Sequence record: NC_054934.1
From: Escherichia phage teqskov
Direction: 5' to 3' (one strand)
Length of the DNA: 64,000 nt
The notes beneath the pieces were generated by a model. It searched no databases and was not told where the DNA came from. It was given only the letters and a program-made list of their open reading frames with translations. Below, piece by piece: positions 10,253-22,431 of the stretch (positions are counted from its first letter, which is position 1; each line of letters opens with the position of its first letter). The translations under genes and the position numbers were made by a program.

Positions 10253-11113
10253 ATGAAACAATACCAAGATTTAATTAAAGACATTTTTGAAAATGGCTAT
10301 GAAACTGATGACCGAACAGGCACAGGAACAATTGCTTTGTTCGGTACTAAATTACGCTGGGATTTAACTAAAGGTTTTCCTGCAGTAACGACTAAGAAGC
10401 TCGCCTGGAATGCATGTATTTCTGAGTTATTGTGGTTCTTATCAGGAAGTACTAACGTAAATGATTTACGTCAACGTACTCATGGATCTTTAATTTCAGG
10501 AAAAACAATTTGGGATGAAAACTACGAAAACCAGGCCAAAGACTTAGGTTATCATAGCGGTGAACTTGGTCCAATTTACGGAAAACAGTGGCGTGATTTT
10601 GGTGGTGTAGATCAAATTGTAGAAGTTGTTAATCGTATTAAAACATTTCCCAACGATAGGCGTCAAATTGTGTCGGCATGGAATCCAGCTGAACTCAAGC
10701 AGATGGCATTACCTCCTTGTCATATGTTCTATCAGTTTAATGTGCGTAACGGATACCTTGACCTCCAATGGTATCAACGTTCGGTAGATGTTTTCCTCGG
10801 TCTTCCATTTAACATCGCGAGTTATGCTGCTCTTTTGCATATTGTTGCTGACATGTGTGAACTAGTTCCGGGCGATTTGGTATTCTCGGGTGGTAATACA
10901 CACATTTATTCTAACCATATTGAGCAATGCAAAGAGATATTAAATAGAACTCCTATGGATCTATGCAAACTCAGTATTAATTGGCCTAATGGATTCAGTC
11001 AATGCGATACTGAAACTCAAATGTATTGGTTAACTGAATATATGACAGCACGGGATTTCGTTCTCAAAGATTATCAGTCCCACGGTGTATTGAAAGGAAA
11101 GATGGCGGTGTAA
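10253..11113 (+). CDS. td: Thymidylate synthase, uninterrupted (no group I intron)
   Basis: 286-aa continuous ORF MKQYQDLIKDIFENGYETDDRTGTGTIALFG...PPCHMFYQFNV...GKMAV; full-length TS in one exon. Confidence 0.95.
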   Translation: MKQYQDLIKDIFENGYETDDRTGTGTIALFGTKLRWDLTKGFPAVTTKKLAWNACISELLWFLSGSTNVNDLRQRTHGSLISGKTIWDENYENQAKDLGYHSGELGPIYGKQWRDFGGVDQIVEVVNRIKTFPNDRRQIVSAWNPAELKQMALPPCHMFYQFNVRNGYLDLQWYQRSVDVFLGLPFNIASYAALLHIVADMCELVPGDLVFSGGNTHIYSNHIEQCKEILNRTPMDLCKLSINWPNGFSQCDTETQMYWLTEYMTARDFVLKDYQSHGVLKGKMAV

Positions 11114-11136
11114 TTTTAATTTAATTGAGAGGATAT

Positions 11137-11400
11137 ATGATTTTACGATTTAAGGATACTTCTGGTGTCGTTCTTTTTACACTTCCTAATCCAAGCGAGT
11201 TAGAAGTTCCAGGACCAGAACAGCCTATTATAATTTATGGTAAAAAATATTATACTCATAAAATGACTCGTGAGTATTTTGATAATAAAATTTCTACAGT
11301 TAAAACTTCTTCTGATTGTTATTATGATATTACTGTTTTAACGGAAAAACAATATGACGAATTATTACCACGCGGGCCGTCTATGTCGGGTAGTGAATAA
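11137..11400 (+). CDS. Hypothetical protein (td-nrdA interval)
   Basis: ATG at 11137 after GAGAGGA SD; 87 aa. Confidence 0.5.
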   Translation: MILRFKDTSGVVLFTLPNPSELEVPGPEQPIIIYGKKYYTHKMTREYFDNKISTVKTSSDCYYDITVLTEKQYDELLPRGPSMSGSE

Positions 11401-11680
11401 ATATAAATCCGACTTTGATGTTAATATTCACCGTGGTACATTTTGGGGAAATTACGTCGGTAAAGATGCTGGCAGCCGGGAGGCTGCCATTGAATTATTC
11501 AAAAAAGATTTTATACGTCGAATTAAATCCGGAGAAATAACTAAAGCACATTTAGAGCCTTTACGTGGAATGAGGCTAGGATGCACATGTAAACCAAAGC
11601 CGTGTCATGGTGATATAATAGCTCATATAGTTAACCGATTGTTTAAAGACGATTTTCAAGTTGAGGACTTATGCAATTAA
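11354..11680 (+). CDS. Hypothetical protein with conserved HRGTxWGN and GCTC...PCHGD motifs (possible metal-binding domain)
   Basis: 108-aa ORF overlapping the previous ORF end and the nrdA start; Cys/His cluster [11 protein letters not shown]. Confidence 0.55.
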   Translation: MTNYYHAGRLCRVVNKYKSDFDVNIHRGTFWGNYVGKDAGSREAAIELFKKDFIRRIKSGEITKAHLEPLRGMRLGCTCKPKPCHGDIIAHIVNRLFKDDFQVEDLCN

Positions 11681-13935
11681 TTAATGTTATCAAAAGTAGT
11701 GGTGTTTCTCAGAGCTTTGACCCGCAAAAAATTATTAAAGTTTTATCTTGGGCAGCCGAAGGAACATCTGTAGATCCTTATGAATTATATGAAAATATTA
11801 AATCATATCTCCGTGATGGAATGACCACTGATGACATTCAAACCATTGTAATTAAGGCTGCTGCGAATTCTATTTCAGTTGAAGAGCCTGATTATCAATA
11901 TGTAGCTGCACGCTGTTTAATGTTTGCTCTTCGTAAGCATGTTTACGGACAATATGAACCACGTTCATTTATTGACCATATTTCTTACTGTGTAAATGAA
12001 GGTAAATATGACCCTGAACTGCTGTCAAAATATTCAGCAGAAGAAATTACATTTTTAGAATCAAAAATTAAGCACGAGCGGGATATGGAATTTACTTATT
12101 CCGGGGCGATGCAATTAAAAGAAAAATATCTCGTTAAAGATAAAACCACTGGTCAAATTTATGAAACTCCGCAGTTTGCATTTATGACTATTGGAATGGC
12201 ATTGCATCAAGATGAACCTGTTGATAGACTAAAACACGTTATTCGTTTTTATGAAGCGGTATCTACTCGACAGATTTCATTACCAACTCCTATTATGGCT
12301 GGCTGTCGTACTCCGACTCGACAGTTTAGTTCATGTGTTGTTATTGAGGCAGGTGATTCGCTGAAGTCTATCAATAAGGCTTCCGCTTCAATTGTTGAAT
12401 ATATCTCCAAACGCGCTGGAATTGGTATTAACGTTGGTATGATTCGTGCCGAAGGTTCTAAGATTGGTACAGGTGAAGTACGTCATACTGGTGTTATTCC
12501 TTTTTGGAAACATTTTCAGACTGCTGTTAAATCATGCTCACAGGGTGGAATTCGTGGCGGCGCTGCTACTGCTTATTATCCTATTTGGCATTTGGAAGTT
12601 GAAAATCTTCTCGTTTTGAAAAATAACAAAGGCGTAGAAGAAAACCGTATTCGTCATATGGATTATGGCGTTCAACTGAATGACCTAATGATGGAACGTT
12701 TTGGAAAGAACGACTACATTACTTTGTTCAGTCCACATGAAATGGGTGGTGAGCTTTATTATTCTTATTTTAAAGACCAAGACCGTTTCCGTGAATTATA
12801 TGAAGCCGCAGAAAAAGACCCTAATATTCGTAAAAAGCGTATTAAAGCCCGTGAACTGTTTGAATTGCTAATGACTGAACGCTCAGGAACAGCAAGGATT
12901 TATGTACAGTTCATTGATAATACGAATAACTATACTCCATTTATTCGTGAAAAGGCACCTATTCGTCAGAGCAACTTGTGTTGTGAAATTGCTATTCCAA
13001 CAAATGACGTGAATAGTCCTGATGCTGAAATTGGATTGTGTACGTTATCTGCATTTGTGTTAGATAACTTTGATTGGCAAGACCAAGATAAAATTAATGA
13101 ATTGGCAGAAGTTCAAGTTCGTGCTCTTGATAATCTTTTGGACTACCAAGGATATCCAGTTCCTGAAGCAGAAAAAGCTAAAAAGCGTCGAAACCTCGGC
13201 GTAGGTGTTACTAACTATGCAGCTTGGCTGGCAAGTAATTTTGCTTCTTATGAAGATGCTAACGATTTAACACATGAACTATTTGAGAGATTGCAGTATG
13301 GACTCATTAAAGCATCCATTAAGCTCGCCAAAGAAAAAGGACCTTGCGAATATTATTCAGACACTCGTTGGTCTCGAGGCGAATTACCTATCGACTGGTA
13401 CAATAAAAAGATTGACCAAATCGCAGCTCCAAAATACGTTTGTGACTGGTCGTCGCTGCGGGAAGACCTTAAGCTCTTTGGCATCCGTAATAGCACATTA
13501 TCAGCACTTATGCCATGTGAGTCATCTTCCCAAGTTTCTAACAGTACAAACGGTATCGAGCCTCCACGTGGACCAGTCTCTGTTAAAGAATCAAAAGAGG
13601 GTTCCTTTAATCAAGTCGTGCCCAATATTGAGCATAACATAGACCTCTATGATTATACGTGGAAATTAGCTAAGAAAGGTAATAAACCTTATCTTACGCA
13701 GGTAGCTATTATGCTGAAATGGGTATGTCAATCAGCTTCAGCGAATACATATTATGACCCGCAGATTTTTCCAAAAGGAAAGGTTCCAATGTCAATAATG
13801 ATTGATGACCTTTTGTATTTTTGGTATTTTGGCGGAAAAAATTTCTATTATCATAATACCCGCGATGGTTCTGGTACTGATGATTATGAAATAGAAACTC
13901 CAAAAGCTGAAGATTGTTCATCCTGTAAATTATGA
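11671..13935 (+). CDS. nrdA: Ribonucleotide reductase large subunit
   Basis: 754-aa ORF with ATP-cone N-terminus and class I RNR catalytic region; matches T4 NrdA size. Confidence 0.95.
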   Translation: MQLINVIKSSGVSQSFDPQKIIKVLSWAAEGTSVDPYELYENIKSYLRDGMTTDDIQTIVIKAAANSISVEEPDYQYVAARCLMFALRKHVYGQYEPRSFIDHISYCVNEGKYDPELLSKYSAEEITFLESKIKHERDMEFTYSGAMQLKEKYLVKDKTTGQIYETPQFAFMTIGMALHQDEPVDRLKHVIRFYEAVSTRQISLPTPIMAGCRTPTRQFSSCVVIEAGDSLKSINKASASIVEYISKRAGIGINVGMIRAEGSKIGTGEVRHTGVIPFWKHFQTAVKSCSQGGIRGGAATAYYPIWHLEVENLLVLKNNKGVEENRIRHMDYGVQLNDLMMERFGKNDYITLFSPHEMGGELYYSYFKDQDRFRELYEAAEKDPNIRKKRIKARELFELLMTERSGTARIYVQFIDNTNNYTPFIREKAPIRQSNLCCEIAIPTNDVNSPDAEIGLCTLSAFVLDNFDWQDQDKINELAEVQVRALDNLLDYQGYPVPEAEKAKKRRNLGVGVTNYAAWLASNFASYEDANDLTHELFERLQYGLIKASIKLAKEKGPCEYYSDTRWSRGELPIDWYNKKIDQIAAPKYVCDWSSLREDLKLFGIRNSTLSALMPCESSSQVSNSTNGIEPPRGPVSVKESKEGSFNQVVPNIEHNIDLYDYTWKLAKKGNKPYLTQVAIMLKWVCQSASANTYYDPQIFPKGKVPMSIMIDDLLYFWYFGGKNFYYHNTRDGSGTDDYEIETPKAEDCSSCKL

Positions 13936-13986
13936 TATAATTTGACTCACGGACGAGTCACTATCTATTAACTAAGCGGAAAATTT

Positions 13987-15156
13987 ATGAGCACAGTTTT
14001 TAATACAAATCCAGTTGATGTTTTAAAAGAACCTATGTTCTTCGGTTCAGGTCTTGGTATTGCGCGTTATGATATTCAACGCCATAAAGTTTTTGAAGAT
14101 TTAACCGAAAAGCAATTATCATTTTTCTGGCGTCCTGAAGAAGTAAACTTGATGATGGATGCTGCACAATTTAACAAGCTTCCTCAGTATCAGCAAGATA
14201 TTTTTACTAATAACCTGAAGTATCAATCACTTCTAGATAGCATTCAGGGTCGTGCACCGTCTGCTGTACTTATGTCATTAATTTCAGATCCAAGCCTTGA
14301 TACATGGGTTGCTACATGGACTTTTAGCGAAACTATTCACAGTCGTTCATATACTCATATCATGCGAAATCTTTATACTGATCCATCAAAGGTATTTGAT
14401 GAGATTGTATTAGATAAAGCTATCATGAAACGTGCTGAATCTATTGGTCGTTATTATGATGACGTTCTAGTTAAGACTCGTGAATATCAGAATGCGGTTG
14501 AAGATTATGAAGGAATTTTATCAGAAGGATTTCGTAAAGAAGAGCTAGGCAAAGTTGTTGAATGTACTAAACGAGCACTAATGAAATCTCTTTACCTCTG
14601 CCTGCACGTAATCAACGCATTGGAAGCTATTCGTTTTTATGTATCTTTCGCATGTACCTTTAACTTCCATAAGAACATGGAAATCATGGAAGGTAATGCC
14701 AAGATTATGAAGTTCATTGCACGTGATGAGCAGCTTCACCTTAAAGGCACCCAATATATTATTCGTCAACTTCAACTTGGCACTGATGGTGATGAATGGG
14801 TTAAAATTGCTCAAGAGTGTGAACAAGAAGCAGTTGATATTTTCATGGAAGTTAACCGTCAAGAAAAAGACTGGGCAGTTCATTTATTTAAAGATGGCGA
14901 TGTTCCTGGATTAAATACAAATAGCATGTGGAGCTTTATTGATTACTTAACTGTATCTCGTATGAAACAGTGTGGTCTTCCATGCCCAATTACTGATGCT
15001 CCGGTTAAACATCCGTATCCTTGGATTCGTGAATATCTTAATTCTGATAATGTTCAATCTGCACCGCAAGAAGTAGAACTGTCATCTTATCTTGTAGCAC
15101 AGATTGATAATGACGTTGATGATAAAGTTATGATGAGTTTTAAAAAATATTTTTAA
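13987..15156 (+). CDS. nrdB: Ribonucleotide reductase small subunit, uninterrupted (no intron)
   Basis: 389-aa continuous ORF MSTVFNTNPVDVLKEPMFFGSGLGIARYDIQRHKVFED...; only about 50 nt separate it from nrdA. Confidence 0.95.
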   Translation: MSTVFNTNPVDVLKEPMFFGSGLGIARYDIQRHKVFEDLTEKQLSFFWRPEEVNLMMDAAQFNKLPQYQQDIFTNNLKYQSLLDSIQGRAPSAVLMSLISDPSLDTWVATWTFSETIHSRSYTHIMRNLYTDPSKVFDEIVLDKAIMKRAESIGRYYDDVLVKTREYQNAVEDYEGILSEGFRKEELGKVVECTKRALMKSLYLCLHVINALEAIRFYVSFACTFNFHKNMEIMEGNAKIMKFIARDEQLHLKGTQYIIRQLQLGTDGDEWVKIAQECEQEAVDIFMEVNRQEKDWAVHLFKDGDVPGLNTNSMWSFIDYLTVSRMKQCGLPCPITDAPVKHPYPWIREYLNSDNVQSAPQEVELSSYLVAQIDNDVDDKVMMSFKKYF

Positions 15157-15160
15157 GGAG

Positions 15161-15183
15161 TGGGCCGCAAGGCCCATTTTATT
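15161..15183 (+). promoter_or_regulatory. GNRA-tetraloop hairpin between nrdB and denA (attenuator and/or split ribosome binding site)
   Basis: GGGCC-GCAA-GGCCC followed by ATTTTATT; GGAG at about 15157-15160 lies about 24 nt from the denA ATG unless the hairpin forms. Confidence 0.45.
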
Positions 15184-16771
<1,588 letters not shown>

Positions 16772-16774
16772 GCT

Positions 16775-16804
16775 GTTTACAAGTCCCTCGTGTTGTGTTA
16801 CAGT
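16775..16804 (+). promoter_or_regulatory. T4-type early promoter (copy A of a repeated promoter-leader cassette)
   Basis: GTTTAC, 18-nt spacer, TACAGT; 54-nt cassette nearly identical to 32566-32619. Confidence 0.5.
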
Positions 16805-16832
16805 AGTCTTACTGACATAACATGAGGACTTT

Positions 16833-17339
16833 ATGATGGATTTACAGCTTATTACTACTGAAATGGTCGTTGAAGCATACGGTGATACTACAGATGGGAT
16901 TTCTGTATTTAAAGGAAATCGTCGAGTTGGATATATCACCGATCTTAAGAAAGATTTAGCTAAGCAAGTCAAGCGGAAAACGACCATTAAAGAATATCGA
17001 AATCGTCGTCTTGAGCAAGCCCGTGATATGCTTCCTGATGCAGTTGAGGAGATGAAAGTCTTTTTAGAAAATCAGCTTGCGAAATATGATTGTGATGTGT
17101 TCATTAATCAGACTCAACCTAATGTTCATATTAACAACTGTAAATGCTATATCATCGTTAATCCTTTGACGGGAAAACATCGTCTTGGAATTAGTAATCC
17201 AAATCGTAGCGCATCAGATATGGCAGAAGATGTTGAGGCATGCTTTAAAATTTCTAAATCTCCTGCTGAACATCATATTTTAATTAACGGTCTTTCTCAA
17301 GACGATATTATAGAGGTTATTAAAACTTTATGCAATTAA
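16833..17339 (+). CDS. alc: Probable Alc (host transcription shutoff on cytosine-containing DNA)
   Basis: 168-aa ORF directly after rnlA, the position and size of T4 alc; sequence not independently recalled. Confidence 0.7.
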   Translation: MMDLQLITTEMVVEAYGDTTDGISVFKGNRRVGYITDLKKDLAKQVKRKTTIKEYRNRRLEQARDMLPDAVEEMKVFLENQLAKYDCDVFINQTQPNVHINNCKCYIIVNPLTGKHRLGISNPNRSASDMAEDVEACFKISKSPAEHHILINGLSQDDIIEVIKTLCN

Positions 17340-17683
17340 GTAATACGACAGCAGGCTTGCTATTAATTGTAATTGCATTGGGCGGAACTTCTTTAATTTT
17401 AAAAAATAAAATTGAAAGATTAGAAACGTCTGTTGTAGAAATTACAAAAACGGCCAATGAAAACGCTTTAGCATTAAATAATTTGCGAATTCAGTATAAT
17501 TATATTGATGCGATGAATAATAAAAATCGTGAGGCAATTGCTGCTATTGAGCGTGAAAATGAAAAACTGCGCAAAGACGCAAAGAAGGCGGATGTGGTGG
17601 CTCATAAGCCAGGATTGGTTGAAAAACAAATCAACAACTCCTTCAACAAGTTCGCAGAAGACATCCAGGACCTTTCTAAATGA
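17330..17683 (+). CDS. pseT.3: i-spanin (inner membrane spanin subunit)
   Basis: 117 aa; N-terminal hydrophobic helix (GLLLIVIALGGTSLIL) then coiled-coil periplasmic domain; overlaps the next gene. Confidence 0.75.
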   Translation: MQLSNTTAGLLLIVIALGGTSLILKNKIERLETSVVEITKTANENALALNNLRIQYNYIDAMNNKNREAIAAIERENEKLRKDAKKADVVAHKPGLVEKQINNSFNKFAEDIQDLSK

Positions 17684-17979
17684 TTAAACTATCAACAGTA
17701 ATATTATCTATTGGTCTTCTAGTTGGTTGTTCGACAAAGCCTCTAGAAGTAAAGAAAGAAACAGTTCATCCTAATTGGCCTGTACAAATAAAGTCATATG
17801 ATGAAGCTAAACTATCTTGGCAAGTTAAAGTTATTGATGGTAAAGCTTGGGTCGGTATGCCATTTGAAGATTCCCAGGAATTTCGCATTTGGCTTAATGA
17901 TGTAAAACGATATGTACATGATCAGAAAACTATGATATGTTATTATCGTCAAGAGTTAAAAGAGGATAAATGCAAATGA
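17680..17979 (+). CDS. pseT.2: o-spanin (outer membrane lipoprotein spanin subunit)
   Basis: 99 aa; signal peptide with lipobox LLVGC-S; directly follows and overlaps the i-spanin gene. Confidence 0.75.
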   Translation: MIKLSTVILSIGLLVGCSTKPLEVKKETVHPNWPVQIKSYDEAKLSWQVKVIDGKAWVGMPFEDSQEFRIWLNDVKRYVHDQKTMICYYRQELKEDKCK

Positions 17980-18200
17980 TTTCATGGCATCAATTTGAAC
18001 ATCTCAAAGGATTGATTTATGAATCCGAGATGGCTGCAATGATTTATGGACGCCAGATTCAACGGTTAGAATCTTTACCTCCAACTAATGATGTTTTATT
18101 AGCTCAATCTCGGGCTAATCTTAAAAATGAATACCAAAATAAGTGGGGTAAAGCATCTAAAGACTTGCATGATTATATTCAATCATTGGTTGAGAAATAA
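17970..18200 (+). CDS. Hypothetical protein, 76 aa
   Basis: Intact ORF overlapping the o-spanin end. Confidence 0.5.
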   Translation: MQMISWHQFEHLKGLIYESEMAAMIYGRQIQRLESLPPTNDVLLAQSRANLKNEYQNKWGKASKDLHDYIQSLVEK

Positions 18201-18203
18201 TAA

Positions 18204-19428
<1,225 letters not shown>

Positions 19429-19429
<1 letters not shown>

Positions 19430-19626
19430 TGGCGTGGCATCATGAAACTTGGTCTATTGTTATTGTAAATAGTGGTTTAGTCGGTACTAGTAATGGGCAA
19501 TTTTGTGTATTCACTAGTGAAATCAGAGCATGGGAGGAATGTCTTAAATTAAGAGAAAAGAATCCCGATGTTGAACTAACAGTAAAGAAAACTAAACTGC
19601 CTTTACCATGGAAAACTTATGAATAA
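19429..19626 (+). CDS. Hypothetical small protein
   Basis: ATG overlapping the pseT stop (TAATG); track ORF starts upstream at 19399 inside pseT. Confidence 0.5.
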
Positions 19627-19819
19627 CCTAGAAAAGATTTATCGTCTTTGTGATAAAATTGAAAAAGAAAAGAAATATCTATTTTGTCTATGGCCTATTG
19701 TTAACGGAAGATTAGGCTTAGATGTTCTTGATTATGAAACAGAAGACAAAGTAGATGGTTCAACTTTTGATAATGCGTTGGATGTTATTGATTGGCTTGA
19801 AGAAAATTATGTGAGGTAA
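19619..19819 (+). CDS. Hypothetical small protein, 66 aa
   Basis: Intact overlapping ORF in the pseT-cd interval. Confidence 0.5.
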   Translation: MNNLEKIYRLCDKIEKEKKYLFCLWPIVNGRLGLDVLDYETEDKVDGSTFDNALDVIDWLEENYVR

Positions 19820-19821
19820 AT

Positions 19822-20097
19822 ATGTTTCCGACTTATTCTAAAATCGTAGAAGTAGTGTTTAGTCAAATTATCGCTAATAATATGTTTGAAAAGCTTGATA
19901 ACGCAGCCGAGCTTCGAATTCATGCTCAAGTGACTCATGTATTGAATACTTTGCTTCCAGACCAAGTGGATTCTATTGCAATTACGTTGTATCCAGGTTC
20001 AGCGCATATCATTGTTGTATTCGGTCTTGATGCTGAGTTAGTTATCAAAGGCGACATTCGTTTTGAATCGCAGACAGCAGAATTCAAAGCAATTTAA
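19822..20097 (+). CDS. Hypothetical protein, 91 aa
   Basis: Intact ORF in the pseT-cd interval. Confidence 0.55.
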   Translation: MFPTYSKIVEVVFSQIIANNMFEKLDNAAELRIHAQVTHVLNTLLPDQVDSIAITLYPGSAHIIVVFGLDAELVIKGDIRFESQTAEFKAI

Positions 20098-20099
20098 TA

Positions 20100-20129
20100 G
20101 TTTACTTTACGGTAGAGTTGTGATATTAT
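20100..20129 (+). promoter_or_regulatory. T4-type early promoter embedded in a 7-bp dyad
   Basis: GTTTAC, 18-nt spacer, TATTAT; GGTAGAG ... CTCTACC inverted repeat brackets the -10. Confidence 0.5.
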
Positions 20130-20159
20130 AGCTCTACCAAAACAAACGAGGAAATTGAA

Positions 20160-20687
20160 ATGAGCGAATGGTTTGAAGAAGATAAGGTTTATCGCTTTAA
20201 AGCTGGATATAAAGATATTTTTAATGAAACTTGCGGGGCTAATAAACGAATTGCCCAGTTTATTGGGGAAAATTCATTTAAAGTAAAAATTGACCCTGCA
20301 AAGAATGTTATTAGCATTAAACGCGAAATTGATGACTGCTGGTATAAAGCTGTTGACGTAATGGGCGAATCCTATAAAGTTAGCCCGTTATTTTCAATTG
20401 CTTATATGTTAGAATATTCTTTTTTCGAAGAAGTTCAAAAAGATGATTCTGTCAGTAAATTTGAAATTAAAGCTGATAAAGAAATTAAGTGGAAAGTAGT
20501 AGGTATTACTGGTTGTATGTTTTATATCTATGCTCAAACTGATACGAAAGAAGAAGCTAAAAAGAAAGCTCTAGAATATCTTGAAGAGTATGAAGAAGGT
20601 CCGGTAATGATTACTCAAGATGCTGAATTAGTTTCTGTCAAATTAGTTAAAAACGTTGAAAGTAAGGAGCTGGGATCAACATGCTAA
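20160..20687 (+). CDS. Hypothetical protein, 175 aa
   Basis: ORF with GAGGAAA SD. Confidence 0.6.
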   Translation: MSEWFEEDKVYRFKAGYKDIFNETCGANKRIAQFIGENSFKVKIDPAKNVISIKREIDDCWYKAVDVMGESYKVSPLFSIAYMLEYSFFEEVQKDDSVSKFEIKADKEIKWKVVGITGCMFYIYAQTDTKEEAKKKALEYLEEYEEGPVMITQDAELVSVKLVKNVESKELGSTC

Positions 20688-20917
20688 GTGAAAAACCAAT
20701 TACTGTTAAAGAATTCCAAGAAAAAGTTAAACTATTTGCGCAGGAATTAGTAAATAGGGTTTCTGAACGATTTCCTGAAACATCGGTTCGTGTTATTACC
20801 GAAACTCCTCGTTCAGTATTAGTAATTGTGAATCCAGGTGATGGCGATCAAATATCGCATCTTAAATTAGATTTTGATGGATTAGTTGAAGCACAAAGGG
20901 TGTATGGCGTACTATGA
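20681..20917 (+). CDS. Hypothetical protein, 78 aa
   Basis: Overlapping ORF with AGGAG SD. Confidence 0.55.
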   Translation: MLSEKPITVKEFQEKVKLFAQELVNRVSERFPETSVRVITETPRSVLVIVNPGDGDQISHLKLDFDGLVEAQRVYGVL

Positions 20918-21252
20918 TGAATTTAACTGATATAATTGATAATTGTCTTGAAAATGATACTGGCGATCATAGAGCGCTTGACTCTGAAACAGCAAAGTTC
21001 ATTAAAATAACTTTAATGAATGATACTCTGGTGAATAGTATTCATCCTTCTGTGTATGATGCTATTATTGTGACGAAGTATCCGGTTGAGCTTCACAAAA
21101 AGATGACTGGTGCAGTTTTTATTGATAAGAAAAACCGCTTTAAAGATGGGCAGAATATAATTAGTTCTGTTATTAAAAGTATAACTAAACTTCGTCACGA
21201 AATTTATCGTGTTGAAACTGCTAAATCTACTTATCTGGTGATTATGAAATGA
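20914..21252 (+). CDS. Hypothetical protein, 112 aa
   Basis: Overlapping ORF (ATGA junctions on both sides). Confidence 0.55.
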   Translation: MMNLTDIIDNCLENDTGDHRALDSETAKFIKITLMNDTLVNSIHPSVYDAIIVTKYPVELHKKMTGAVFIDKKNRFKDGQNIISSVIKSITKLRHEIYRVETAKSTYLVIMK

Positions 21253-21830
21253 AAGCGAGTACAGTACTTCAAATTGCATATTTAGTATCGCAGGAATCAA
21301 AATGTTGCTCCTGGAAGGTAGGAGCAGTAATTGAAAAGAATGGACGTATTATTTCTACTGGGTATAATGGTTCACCCGCAGGTGGAGTAAATTGCTGTGA
21401 TTATGCTGCTGAGCAAGGTTGGTTGCTGAATAAGCCTAAACATACTATCATTCAAGGTCATAAGCCTGAATGTGTATCATTTGGTTCAACTGATCGCTTT
21501 GTCTTGGCGAAAGAACACCGTAGTGCTCACTCTGAATGGTCGTCTAAAAATGAAATTCATGCTGAACTAAATGCAATTTTGTTTGCTGCACGAAATGGTT
21601 CTTCTATTGAAGGTGCTACTATGTATGTAACACTTTCTCCTTGTCCAGATTGTGCAAAAGCGATAGCTCAATCTGGTATTAAAAAGCTAGTTTATTGTGA
21701 AACATACGATAAAAATAAACCTGGCTGGGATGATATTCTGCGAAATGCAGGTATTGAAGTGTTTAATGTTCCTAAGAAAAACTTGAATAAGTTAAACTGG
21801 GAAAATATCAACGAATTCTGTGGTGAATAA
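21249..21830 (+). CDS. cd: dCMP deaminase
   Basis: 193 aa; zinc-binding deaminase motifs HAE...PCPDCA; matches T4 Cd length. Confidence 0.9.
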   Translation: MKASTVLQIAYLVSQESKCCSWKVGAVIEKNGRIISTGYNGSPAGGVNCCDYAAEQGWLLNKPKHTIIQGHKPECVSFGSTDRFVLAKEHRSAHSEWSSKNEIHAELNAILFAARNGSSIEGATMYVTLSPCPDCAKAIAQSGIKKLVYCETYDKNKPGWDDILRNAGIEVFNVPKKNLNKLNWENINEFCGE

Positions 21831-22066
21831 TGAAATTTCGTTTGGTACAACTTACAGCAATTAGTTCTTATTCTAATGAGAACATCTCGTTTGCTGTAGA
21901 GTATAAGAAATATTTTTTCTCTAAATGGAAACAGTATTATAAAACTGATTGGACTAGTATTGATAGACCATATAGTTGGAAATCTGATTTAGAAAAATGC
22001 CAAAAATTACTTTCCACCCTTAAAGAACGTGGAACAACTCATATTAAAACTGTGATAGGTAAATAA
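21830..22066 (+). CDS. Hypothetical protein, 78 aa
   Basis: Intact ORF overlapping the cd stop. Confidence 0.55.
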   Translation: MKFRLVQLTAISSYSNENISFAVEYKKYFFSKWKQYYKTDWTSIDRPYSWKSDLEKCQKLLSTLKERGTTHIKTVIGK

Positions 22067-22375
22067 ATGAAACTGACAACTGAGCAGAAAGTAGCAATTC
22101 GCGAAATTTTGAAAACTAAATTGTCCATGGGTGTTTCAAACGTAGTTTTTGAAAAGTCTGATGGTACTATTCGTACTATGAAAGGTACTCGTGATGCAGA
22201 CTTTATGCCAACCATGCAAACTGGCAAATTGACTGAATCTACTCGGAAAGAATCTACTGACATGATTCCAGTATTTGATGTTGAACTTAGTGCATGGAGA
22301 GGTTTTTCTATTGATAAATTGATTTCCGTTAATGGTATGAAAGTTGAGCATTTGCTTCAATTTATTGGTAAATAA
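22067..22375 (+). CDS. Hypothetical protein, 102 aa
   Basis: Intact ORF directly after the previous gene. Confidence 0.55.
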   Translation: MKLTTEQKVAIREILKTKLSMGVSNVVFEKSDGTIRTMKGTRDADFMPTMQTGKLTESTRKESTDMIPVFDVELSAWRGFSIDKLISVNGMKVEHLLQFIGK

Positions 22376-22401
22376 ATGCTTTAAGAATTATTTGTTATTA
22401 T
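22375..22401 (+). promoter_or_regulatory. MotA-dependent middle promoter upstream of gene 31
   Basis: AAATGCTTTAA MotA box at about 22374-22384 and TATTAT about 15 nt downstream. Confidence 0.4.
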
Positions 22402-22431
22402 TAATTCATCTGTTAACAAAAAGGAAAAACG

